In this document: positions 1-7,503 of the stretch, piece after piece
Position numbering within the stretch: the first letter of the stretch is position 1
How the letters are laid out: each line of letters opens with the position of its first letter
NCBI GenBank assembly: GCA_963796455.1
Contig: CAWCLO010000001.1
Span: 608,001 to 672,000, forward strand
From: Candidatus Sulfomarinibacteraceae bacterium
Lineage (GTDB): Bacteria; Acidobacteriota; Thermoanaerobaculia; Thermoanaerobaculales; Sulfomarinibacteraceae
Direction: 5' to 3'
DNA: 64,000 bases
Notes under the pieces: model-generated
The model's input: only the letters and a program-made list of their open reading frames with translations
What the model was told of the DNA's origin: nothing
Database searches by the model: none
Translations under genes and position numbers: made by a program

Positions 1-206
1 ACCGGAATTTCACGTCCGGTTGTTTCCTTGATCACCCGGGCCAGCCGATCCGAGAGCGGTATGCCACGGGTGTGGATTCCGACCAACATGACTTCGTCCC
101 CGTCACGTTCCAGGATTTCTGCCGCCATGCGAGCGATTGTCCGCAACATTCCGGCCGAGTCGAGAATCGGCTGCAAAACGGTTCGCGCGGGCTTGCCTTC
201 CGTCAT
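1..206 (-). CDS. pyrR: PyrR pyrimidine regulator / uracil phosphoribosyltransferase, 5' part (runs off window edge)
   Basis: Manual translation MTEGKPARTVLQPILDSAGMLRTIARMAAEILERDGDEVMLVGIHTRGIPLSDRLARVIKETTG matches the PyrR N-terminus (RIAHEILE..LVGIxTRGxPLA). GGAGG RBS precedes the ATG at 206. Not in the ORF track. Confidence 0.88.
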   Translation of the reverse strand, partial: MTEGKPARTVLQPILDSAGMLRTIARMAAEILERDGDEVMLVGIHTRGIPLSDRLARVIKETTGREIP

Positions 207-331
207 TGCACGCCTCCTTGGCGCCTGTCTGAATCACATTTCTTCTCCGCACGAGCACGCTGAAACAAGCGAAAAAAAAGCTCCCCGAACGGGAAGCGTT
301 GGTGCGGAGCAGATGTTTTTCGAACTCCCAT
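203..331 (-). CDS. Putative 42-aa leader peptide spanning the attenuator, coupled to pyrR
   Basis: MGVRKTSAPHQRFPFGELFF...GGVQ*. The stop overlaps the pyrR ATG (ATGA). Its ATG lies 7 nt after an extended -10-like TGcTACCAT (hexamer at 344-339). Confidence 0.35.
   Translation of the reverse strand: MGVRKTSAPHQRFPFGELFFRLFQRARAEKKCDSDRRQGGVQ
272..297 (-). terminator. Intrinsic terminator/attenuator in the pyrR leader
   Basis: Minus strand reads GCTTCCC-GTTC-GGGGAGC followed by T8, about 65 nt upstream of the pyrR start. Confidence 0.75.
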
Positions 332-365
332 CTGGGAGATGGTAGCACAACGGAGGCACATCGAG

Positions 366-462
366 GTTTGAGTTCTGAGTTCTGAGTTCTGAGTTGCCGA
401 ACAGTCTCTCAAGAGCATGGTCGAAGGATGGGATAACTCAAAACTCAACTCTCAAAACTCAG
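366..462. repeat. Inverted heptamer arrays (CTGAGTT)n ... (AACTCAA)n
   Basis: About 4 units on each side of a ~40-bp spacer, between the divergent pyrR and DMT genes. Confidence 0.9.
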
Positions 463-497
463 CCTTTCGACCGTCGTTCTGGATATGATGTCGGACG

Positions 498-1385
498 GTG
501 ATTCAGAATAAGACGACCCGCCCGAGCGATCGGCTGATGATCCTCGCCGCAGCCGTGCTGTTTTCGACTGGTGGGGCAGCGGTCAAATTGTGTTCGATGA
601 CCAACTGGCAGGTCGCGAGTTTCCGGTCGGGAATCGCGGCCGTCGCACTTGCCCTTCTGTTACCTGCCGCAAGGCGAAACTGGACCTGGCGGACCTTTGT
701 CGTCGGCAGCACCTACGCATTGACGATGATCTGCTTTGTTTTGTCCAATAAGCTCACGACCTCCGCCAATGCCGTCTTCCTGCAAAGCACAGCGCCGTTG
801 TACATTCTCCTGTTGGGACCATTCCTCCTCAGCGAGCCTGTCAGGCGCCGCCAACTACTTTTTATGGCAGCGCTCACCATCGGCATGTTTTTCATTTTCA
901 GTGGGGAGCAACAGACTTTTACCACCGCCCCGGACCCGCTTCGAGGCAACATCGTCGGAATCGTGACAGGAATCTGCTGGGCCTTCACGATCATCGGATT
1001 GCGTTGGTTGGCCCGTGGATCCGATCCCGCCTCGCAAAACAACCCTGCCGCGGCCGCAACACTGTCCGGGAATCTGATTGCGTTTCTGATCACTCTACCC
1101 GCAGCACTGCCGGTCGTCTCCAGCACCGCCATTGACTGGGCCGCTGTGAGCTTTCTCGGGATTTTTCAGATCGGTCTGGCTTATGTGTTCATTGTTCACG
1201 GTGTACGTCGGGTCAGCGCCCTCGAGGTCTCGCTGCTGGTATTGCTCGAGCCGGTCCTCAACCCGATCTGGTCGTGGTTGATCCACGGCGAAACGCCGAC
1301 TTCATACTCGCTGGTGGGAGGAGCCTTGATCGTTCTGGCGACGGCCGTCTACACCTGGACCGGCTCGCGACCAGAATCGAATTGA
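498..1385 (+). CDS. DMT/EamA family transporter
   Basis: 295 aa, about 10 hydrophobic segments, two EamA-like halves (LLEPVLNPIW motif). Confidence 0.9.
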   Translation: MIQNKTTRPSDRLMILAAAVLFSTGGAAVKLCSMTNWQVASFRSGIAAVALALLLPAARRNWTWRTFVVGSTYALTMICFVLSNKLTTSANAVFLQSTAPLYILLLGPFLLSEPVRRRQLLFMAALTIGMFFIFSGEQQTFTTAPDPLRGNIVGIVTGICWAFTIIGLRWLARGSDPASQNNPAAAATLSGNLIAFLITLPAALPVVSSTAIDWAAVSFLGIFQIGLAYVFIVHGVRRVSALEVSLLVLLEPVLNPIWSWLIHGETPTSYSLVGGALIVLATAVYTWTGSRPESN

Positions 1386-1777
1386 CGCTCGCCGTGCGCC
1401 ACGGTGACCGTGGTGTGGAGACCGCCCCGCAGCCGATAGTCAAGCACGATCTCCATCCAACGAGGCTCGCAGCAGGCCACCAGGTCATCCAGGACGCGGT
1501 TGGCGGCATGCTCCTGATAGATCCCCACATTGCGGAAGCTCGTCAGGTAGTACTTGAGCGACTTCAGCTCGATACATACCGCCGACGGCAGATATCGAAT
1601 GCTCAAAGTGCCAAAATCAGGCAGCCCGGAGAATGGGCACACACAGCTCCATTCATCGGTCGATATCTCGACCTCCGCCGCGCGCGGCCGGTATTCGTAT
1701 GGAAAGGTCTCGAGGACCCCGGGAGTCAATTTTTCGACCCCGTCGAATGAAAACGTCCGTCCTTCCGCCTCGACCAT
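1349..1777 (-). CDS. queF: NADPH-dependent 7-cyano-7-deazaguanine reductase (preQ1 synthase)
   Basis: CPFSGLPDFG, ELKSLKYYL, QEH and RGG motifs. Confidence 0.93.
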   Translation of the reverse strand: MVEAEGRTFSFDGVEKLTPGVLETFPYEYRPRAAEVEISTDEWSCVCPFSGLPDFGTLSIRYLPSAVCIELKSLKYYLTSFRNVGIYQEHAANRVLDDLVACCEPRWMEIVLDYRLRGGLHTTVTVAHGERQFDSGREPVQV

Positions 1778-1850
1778 GGCTCATCCTACAACAGGTCGGA
1801 GCTCGTCAGCGATCGGATACACTGATCCGACAACATCCAAGAGGTGCCCA

Positions 1851-2684
1851 ATGAGCTACGCAAAGAGGTTCCGAGTCAAACCCGGCCAAAAAATCGATCT
1901 TGACGGCTTCGAGGCCAATTGGAAACCCGACGGCATGAAGCGGGTGGATGGAGAGGACGAATTCGTCAACCTGACCGAACGCCTCAGCGAACTCCAGCAC
2001 CTGATGTATGCGGAGGACAAACGATCGCTACTCATCGTCCTCCAGGGTCGCGATGCCGCGGGCAAGGACGGCACCATCCGCCACGTCTTTGGACCGATGA
2101 ACCCGCAGGGCTGCAAGGTGACCAGCTTCAAGGTGCCGTCAAAACTCGAATCTTCCCACGACTTTCTCTGGCGCTGCCACATCGCGGCACCGGCGCGGGG
2201 GCAGGTCGGGATCTTCAATCGTTCCCACTATGAGGACGTGCTGGTCGTCCGGGTTCATGATTTGGTGGAGAAATCGGTATGGTCGAAACGATTCGATCAC
2301 ATCAACAATTTTGAAAGACTGCTCAACGACCAGGGGACGACGGTCCTCAAGTTCTATCTCCACATCGATCGTGAAGAGCAACTCGAACGATTCAAGAAAC
2401 GAATCGACAACCCGAGAAAGAACTGGAAGATCAGCGACGCAGATTATTCAGAACGCCCCTTTTGGGATGAATACACTGCGGCCTTCGAGGACGCCCTCAG
2501 CAAATGCAGCACCCGTGAGGCGCCATGGTTCGTGATCCCAGGCAATCGTAAATGGGCCCGCAATCTGGTCATAGCCAACATCGTCGCTGAAACGATGGAG
2601 GGCTTCGGGATGCAGTACCCCGAACCCGAGGTCGACATGGAAGCGATCAAGCGGATGTATCACGAGGCGGAGGACGCAGGCTGA
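1851..2684 (+). CDS. ppk2: Polyphosphate kinase 2 family protein
   Basis: QGRDAAGKDG Walker A, HDFLWR and FNRSHYEDV motifs. Start MSYAK follows a GAGG RBS. Confidence 0.92.
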   Translation: MSYAKRFRVKPGQKIDLDGFEANWKPDGMKRVDGEDEFVNLTERLSELQHLMYAEDKRSLLIVLQGRDAAGKDGTIRHVFGPMNPQGCKVTSFKVPSKLESSHDFLWRCHIAAPARGQVGIFNRSHYEDVLVVRVHDLVEKSVWSKRFDHINNFERLLNDQGTTVLKFYLHIDREEQLERFKKRIDNPRKNWKISDADYSERPFWDEYTAAFEDALSKCSTREAPWFVIPGNRKWARNLVIANIVAETMEGFGMQYPEPEVDMEAIKRMYHEAEDAG

Positions 2685-2853
2685 TTCTCGTTGCAGGATG
2701 CAGGATGCAGGATCACTCGTGTCCAAGACAGAGTCCCAGACAGCAATCAGGGACGGCGACAGCGATCAGCGTCGGCGACAGGGAACAGCTATCAGTGTTC
2801 AGCGTCAGCGAACAGGAGTCAGCGTCACGTTTGACTGGTATGGAGCCCTGAAA

Positions 2854-3207
2854 TCAAGACTTTGGGTTGAGTAAACGCCATGTCATGGCACGGACCTCAT
2901 CGAAGGCCTTCATCGCTTCACGGGCTCCGTTCGCGCTGATTGCGCTGGCGTGGGCGAGGAGCTTCAAGTGGCTGTCAACCTCCTTCGCGGAGGCGTAGGC
3001 GATTCTCCAGTGGTTCGACCGATCTCTTCCGATCCGGCCGTGCCCTTCCGCCAGATTCGCAGGGACCGAACTTGCCGACCGGATCGCCTGATCGGCTATG
3101 GACTTCAGAGGAGCTGGAACCCTCATCACGAGTTTGATCGCGATTCCTGCTGCTTCCAGAGCTTTCGAGAGGGCAACAAGGTTGGTGTTCGTGGCGGCTG
3201 AGGACAT
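2854..3207 (-). CDS. Four-helix bundle protein (23S rRNA IVS-protein / bAvd-like family)
   Basis: 117 aa with DQAIRSASSVPANLAEGHGR...IAYASAKEV, the family signature (Q..RA..S...NIAEG..R). GGAGG RBS precedes the ATG at 3207. Confidence 0.9.
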   Translation of the reverse strand: MSSAATNTNLVALSKALEAAGIAIKLVMRVPAPLKSIADQAIRSASSVPANLAEGHGRIGRDRSNHWRIAYASAKEVDSHLKLLAHASAISANGAREAMKAFDEVRAMTWRLLNPKS

Positions 3208-3345
3208 GGTCACCTCCGGGTCGTTCATGCCCATTCCCACAAGCCGGTGTGGTGGCCGATGTCAAGGATGCCCTGCACCCTGCCTGTCCTTGACATCGGC
3301 CGCCCACCGGCTACCCCTTCCTTGGAACGACCCGGAGGTGGCCAC
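3206..3345. promoter_or_regulatory. Long two-stem inverted repeat covering the RBS and start of the four-helix-bundle gene
   Basis: 3206-3226 pairs with 3325-3345 (19/21). 3254-3268 pairs perfectly with 3287-3301 (15 bp), extended by 3242-3249/3305-3312. Confidence 0.85.
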
Positions 3346-3621
3346 TTCGCCGCCTGTACTCCTGACCGCTGCCGCTGCTCTCCGTCGCTAAACACTGACC
3401 GCTGTCCCTGTTCGCTGTTGCCTGTCGCTGACGCTGGACACTGTTGCTGACGCTGTCCCTGACCGCTGTCCGAGACACCGTTTTGGACAGCGGTGATCCA
3501 GCATCCAGCATCTGGTATCTGGTATCTGGTATCTGGTATCTGCCGAAATCCTCCTTGGCATTCTCGCTCGCCGGACCCATATTCTTCACATCCGCACATT
3601 TCAGCGAAAAGGGGGGCACTC

Positions 3622-4008
3622 ATGCATTGGTGTTACTCATGCCCGCACTGCGACGCCTCGCTCAACCCCGATGAAACGATCGTTCTGATCGGCGAATGCG
3701 GTCCCCACCGGATCCTGATGGGCTTCCACCCCGAACCGGGGAACTACCGCGGCTATCTGCCGCCGGAGTTCCACCTGCAGGAAGGTTCGATGTGGGACTT
3801 TTTCTGTCCGGTTTGTTCTCGGAGCCTGGTCTCCGAGGCCGCCCCCGAGCTCTGTGCCCTCGACCTGGACACTCAAGGCGTCCGCCACCGGCTTTTCTTT
3901 TCCCGCACTGCCGGCGAAAGGGCGACCTTCGTGATCACGGCCGAAGGCATCACGAGCCACGGAGAGCACGCAGAACAACATTCTCTGGAAATGCTGGATC
4001 TTGTATAG
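3622..4008 (+). CDS. Hypothetical protein with two CxxC motifs (possible Zn-binding)
   Basis: CPHC and CPVC; G-rich RBS precedes the ATG at 3622. Confidence 0.7.
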   Translation: MHWCYSCPHCDASLNPDETIVLIGECGPHRILMGFHPEPGNYRGYLPPEFHLQEGSMWDFFCPVCSRSLVSEAAPELCALDLDTQGVRHRLFFSRTAGERATFVITAEGITSHGEHAEQHSLEMLDLV

Positions 4009-4052
4009 AAGGACCAGTCGTTTGCAGAGCGACAGAGCTTGAAGACTTCCGC

Positions 4053-4228
4053 ACTCCCTTTCTCCCATTCTGGAACGGGATCGGGATCGGATAGCGTGGA
4101 CTGACCATCCCCTTTCTCCCTTTCTCCCTTTCTCCCTTTCAGGAACGATATCCGCGACAGCCGTTCGATAGCGATGGCGCGGATACTGAGCCGTGCGCTG
4201 CCCCTCTGCTCCTCCGCCCCTCTGCGCC
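4053..4228. repeat. Composite intergenic repeat (CTCCCTTT, GGGATC, GATAGC, CTCCTCTG-like units)
   Basis: Same modules as at 10600-10830 and 6740-6870, in reverse-complement orientation. Confidence 0.85.
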
Positions 4229-4269
4229 ACCCCTCGTCACCCCGAAGCGCTGCGTGTAGGATAGAACAC

Positions 4270-5268
4270 GTGGACTTCAAGAAACGCCAGGTGATCCTGA
4301 GATCGATCGGGCTCCTCGTCGCGGTGCTTGGCGCTGGGACCCTGGGTTATATGCTCATTGAAGGCCAGGGCATTATGCCCGCCTTCTATATGACCACTAT
4401 AACGGTCACCACCATTGGGTTTCGCGAGGCCTTTCCGCTTTCTCCGGCCGGCCAGGCATTCACGATCGTGCTCGCCTTTGGCGGCGTCGGGGTCATCCTG
4501 ATGATCGCTACCGATTTCGCCCGGGCAATGCTCGACACCGATATCAGCCGCATGATCGGTCTGCGAAAGGATCTGACAATGTTGAAGAAGCTCAGCCGAC
4601 ATATTGTCGTGTGCGGTCACGGCCGCATGGGCAATGCCGTCGTCGAGGTCCTGCGCGAACGGGGCGTTGATTTCGCCGTGGTTGAACTCGACGCCGAGCG
4701 TTGCCGGGAACTCGAAGAACACCATATTCCGGTGGTCCGTGGGGACGCGACCAAGGAAGATGTGCTCGAAGCCGCTGGAGTCGCCAGAGCCAATACTCTG
4801 ATCGCCTGCCTCGCCGACGACGCCAACAACGTGTATTCGATTCTGCTCGCCCGACAGCTCAAACCCGGGATCACGGTCATCGCGCGAGCGGTCGAGGACG
4901 GCGCCGAAGAACGGCTCAAACTCGCGGGCGCCGATCGGGTGCTCAATCCTTACCGGGTCGGCGGAATCAGGCTCGCCATCACGGCCCTCAAACCAACCGT
5001 CGCCGACTTCGTCGAGGCCTCCCTCTTCGGGTCATCGATGGAGCTCGAACTGGCCGAGGTGGTGGTTCACCCTTCCAGCGATCTTGCCGGCAAAACCCTT
5101 GCCGGAGCTGAAGTCCGGCAGCGTTTCGGCATCATCGTCGTCGCTCTCAAACGAGGCGACAAAAGCACCTTCAACCCGGAGGCTCACGAGGTGATCGAGG
5201 CCGGTGATGTTCTGGTCGCGTTGGGGCCGATTCACGCTCTCGAAAGAATCGAGCAGGCAACGCAATAG
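4270..5268 (+). CDS. Potassium channel protein with TrkA-N/TrkA-C (RCK) domains
   Basis: Two TMs, pore segment TVTTIGFRE, VCGHGRMG Rossmann motif, C-terminal RCK-C. Confidence 0.9.
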   Translation: MDFKKRQVILRSIGLLVAVLGAGTLGYMLIEGQGIMPAFYMTTITVTTIGFREAFPLSPAGQAFTIVLAFGGVGVILMIATDFARAMLDTDISRMIGLRKDLTMLKKLSRHIVVCGHGRMGNAVVEVLRERGVDFAVVELDAERCRELEEHHIPVVRGDATKEDVLEAAGVARANTLIACLADDANNVYSILLARQLKPGITVIARAVEDGAEERLKLAGADRVLNPYRVGGIRLAITALKPTVADFVEASLFGSSMELELAEVVVHPSSDLAGKTLAGAEVRQRFGIIVVALKRGDKSTFNPEAHEVIEAGDVLVALGPIHALERIEQATQ

Positions 5269-5274
5269 GACGAG

Positions 5275-5390
5275 AGGCTATGTGGCTATGGCCGGCTGCT
5301 TCGCAGCCTGGCTGTGAGGCTTATGATTGTTTTTTCTAGGCGCGACCACACAGCCTCATAGCCCCATAGCCTTATTGCCTTATGGCATAG
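5275..5390. repeat. Inverted heptamer arrays (GGCTATG-like ... CATAGCC-like)
   Basis: Degenerate arrays between convergent genes. Confidence 0.8.
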
Positions 5391-5448
5391 AGATCAGCGT
5401 GTCTCGCGGGGGAACCCTGGTGCGACATCGCCGTTGAAGCCAGCGATC

Positions 5449-6669
5449 CTAAACCGAGGCGGCCGCCACCTGTGACAGTCTCCCCGGATAGGCCGCAACG
5501 GCGGCATCGAGAATCTTCATGGCTCGGCCCAGGGTGTTGGAGTCATACATGAAGGCGATCCGAACTTCGTCGATGCCGAGTCCTTCAGTCACATAAAAAC
5601 CCTCGCCAGGCGCCAGACACACCGTTTCCCCTTCGAGCGAGAAATTGCGCAGCAGATAGACGGCAAAATCTTCGCAGCTGTCAATCGGCAACCGCGCCAT
5701 CGAATAGAAGGACCCCTCCGTGCGGTGAGGACTCACGCCTTCAATGGCCCCAAGGCCCTTATAGACCGCATCGCGACGACGCTGGTACTCACCACAAAGC
5801 TCTTCGGAATAGGCGCGGCCGTTTTTTAACATCGGCACCACCATCAGCTGCTCCGCCGTCGGCACCGAGAGCCGTGCCTGACAAAAACGAAGGGTTACGT
5901 CGAGGATCTCGCGGTTGTGGGTTGCCAGGCAACCGATACGCACGCCACAGGCGTTGAACCGTTTGGACACGCTGTCAACGACGATGATTTGCTGCGCCAG
6001 TTCCTCAAATTGTGTGAAGCTGCGCACGTCGCCGCCATCAAAGACGAATTCCCGGTAGACCTCATCACAGATCACAAAGAGATCATTTTCCAACGCGACC
6101 TGCGCCACCGCCTCGAGTTCCTCCGCGGTATAGACCGTCCCGGTGGGGTTCGAAGGGTTACACAAAAGGATGGCCTTGGTCCTCGGCGTGACGCTGGCGC
6201 GCAGTCGGTCGATGGAATGAAAGTGATAGCCTTCCTCCACCCGCAACGTGATCGGGACCATCGAGACATCGGCCTGGGCGGCAAAGCTCAGATAATTCGT
6301 GTAGCACGGCTCGAAAACCAGGACCTCGCCGCCACCACCTGCCACCACCGAGAGGACAAAGGTGATCGCCTCGCTGGCGCCCGCCGTGACCAGGATTTCG
6401 TCCGGTGCATAGGCGATGTCCCAGCTCTCAAAAAACTCGCTCCACCCCTCGCGGGCTTCCAGGAGTCCATCGCTCGGTGCATAGGCAAGCGTTGCCAGGG
6501 AGAGCCCATGGAGTTCGGCAATCATCTCGGGAGGCGTCGGCATATCGGGCTGACCGATATTGAGATAGATGACCTTCGTACCGCGGGCTTCGGCCTGGAG
6601 CGCGTGCGGCGCCAGTTTTCGGATCGGTGAAGCCTGCAATTTGGAACTCTTGGCTGAAAGCTTGGGCAT
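5449..6669 (-). CDS. PLP-dependent aminotransferase class I/II (aspartate aminotransferase-like)
   Basis: LNIGQPD, NPSNPTG, DEVY and DSVSKRFNACGVRIG motifs. GGGAGG RBS precedes the ATG at 6669. Confidence 0.92.
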   Translation of the reverse strand: MPKLSAKSSKLQASPIRKLAPHALQAEARGTKVIYLNIGQPDMPTPPEMIAELHGLSLATLAYAPSDGLLEAREGWSEFFESWDIAYAPDEILVTAGASEAITFVLSVVAGGGGEVLVFEPCYTNYLSFAAQADVSMVPITLRVEEGYHFHSIDRLRASVTPRTKAILLCNPSNPTGTVYTAEELEAVAQVALENDLFVICDEVYREFVFDGGDVRSFTQFEELAQQIIVVDSVSKRFNACGVRIGCLATHNREILDVTLRFCQARLSVPTAEQLMVVPMLKNGRAYSEELCGEYQRRRDAVYKGLGAIEGVSPHRTEGSFYSMARLPIDSCEDFAVYLLRNFSLEGETVCLAPGEGFYVTEGLGIDEVRIAFMYDSNTLGRAMKILDAAVAAYPGRLSQVAAASV

Positions 6670-6872
6670 GGATACCTCCCGGTCGGCACCGCGGTTCCCC
6701 GGATTGTAGCGTATCGGATCAGCCACCTACCCGCCCGTACCCGTATCGGGAAAGGGGGAAAGGGCGCAGGGGAGAAAGGGAGAACGCCCGCAACACGATA
6801 CTCGATGTTGGATGCTCGAACCGCCACATGGCAGAGGGGAAGAGGGGCGGAGGAGCAGAGGGGCTCGAATCG

Positions 6873-7305
6873 AGATACGAGATGCTGGATACTGGATCAC
6901 TCTTGTCCAGGTGGGAGTTTCGGACAGCGATCAGGGACAGCGACGGGGAACGGCAGAAAGCGTCAGCAAACAGGAGTCAGCGGCAGCGACCAGCGGCCGG
7001 GGCAGCGACAGCGCCAGCCAACACCAATCACTCCGTCGGGTTCAACAGCCGCCAGGTCATGGCACGGACCTGATCGAAGGCCCTCATCGCTTCACTGGCT
7101 CCGTTCCGGCTGATCGCCCCGGCGTGGCGGCCGATGTCAAGGATGCCCTGCACCCTGCCTGCCCTTGACATCGGCCGCCCACCGGCTACCCATTTCTGTA
7201 GAACGATCCGGAGGTGGCCACGCCGTCACTGCGCCTGATCGCTGGCCCTGAACACTGATTGCTGCCCCCTGTCCCTGTTCGCTGTCCTCTGTCGCTGCCG
7301 CCGCA
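6873..7305. mobile_element. Internally deleted copy of the four-helix-bundle cassette
   Basis: Left arm, gene 3' end, inner hairpin (GGCCGATGTCAAGG...CCTTGACATCGGCC) and right arm all match 2692-3541. About 300 bp of the gene 5' part and UTR are missing. Confidence 0.75.
7028..7126 (-). pseudogene. C-terminal remnant of four-helix-bundle gene
   Basis: Translates HAGAISRNGASEAMRAFDQVRAMTWRLLNPTE*, versus HASAISANGAREAMKAFDEVRAMTWRLLNPKS* in the intact copy. Confidence 0.9.
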
Positions 7306-7336
7306 ATTCGGGCACCGACGCGGACTCGGGGGAACG

Positions 7337-7427
7337 GCGCCTTTGCGTCTTTGCGTTCTTCGCGGTTTCAGCATGTGCACGCGGGACGCGTGCACCACCA
7401 TGGTGGTGCGGCCGTCTCGGCTGCACT
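7337..7427. repeat. Dispersed ~90-bp repeat with three overlapping palindromes
   Basis: Closely similar copy at ~12775-12865; core GTGCACGCGnGACGCGTGCACCACCATGGTGGTGCnGCCGTCTCGGCTGCAC. Confidence 0.9.
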
Positions 7428-7503
7428 TCCCCTCTGCTCCTCTGCTCTGATGGATCGATAGCGATAGCGATTATTCGCGGTAGCGACCCGGGTACAATGT
7501 CGC

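Larger units (their letters stand above)
2692..3541. mobile_element. Putative repeat-flanked four-helix-bundle cassette, intact copy
   Basis: Imperfect inverted arms (~2692-2828 vs ~3354-3541) with heptamer arrays at the outer ends enclose an Avd-like gene and a 140-bp hairpin. Homologous copies lie at ~6873-7305 and ~53630-54197. Mobility is inferred. Confidence 0.65.

Noticed and set aside
1778..1850. preQ1 riboswitch upstream of queF
   Set aside because: Short divergent gap without the characteristic stem and A-rich tail.
2854..3207. Diversity-generating retroelement or 23S rRNA intervening sequence
   Set aside because: No reverse transcriptase, no TR/VR pair differing at adenines and no rRNA sequence recognised in the window.
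4396..4430. Novel selectivity filter TTIGFRE in the K+ channel
   Set aside because: GFxE-type variants are, to my knowledge, common in prokaryotic RCK channels.
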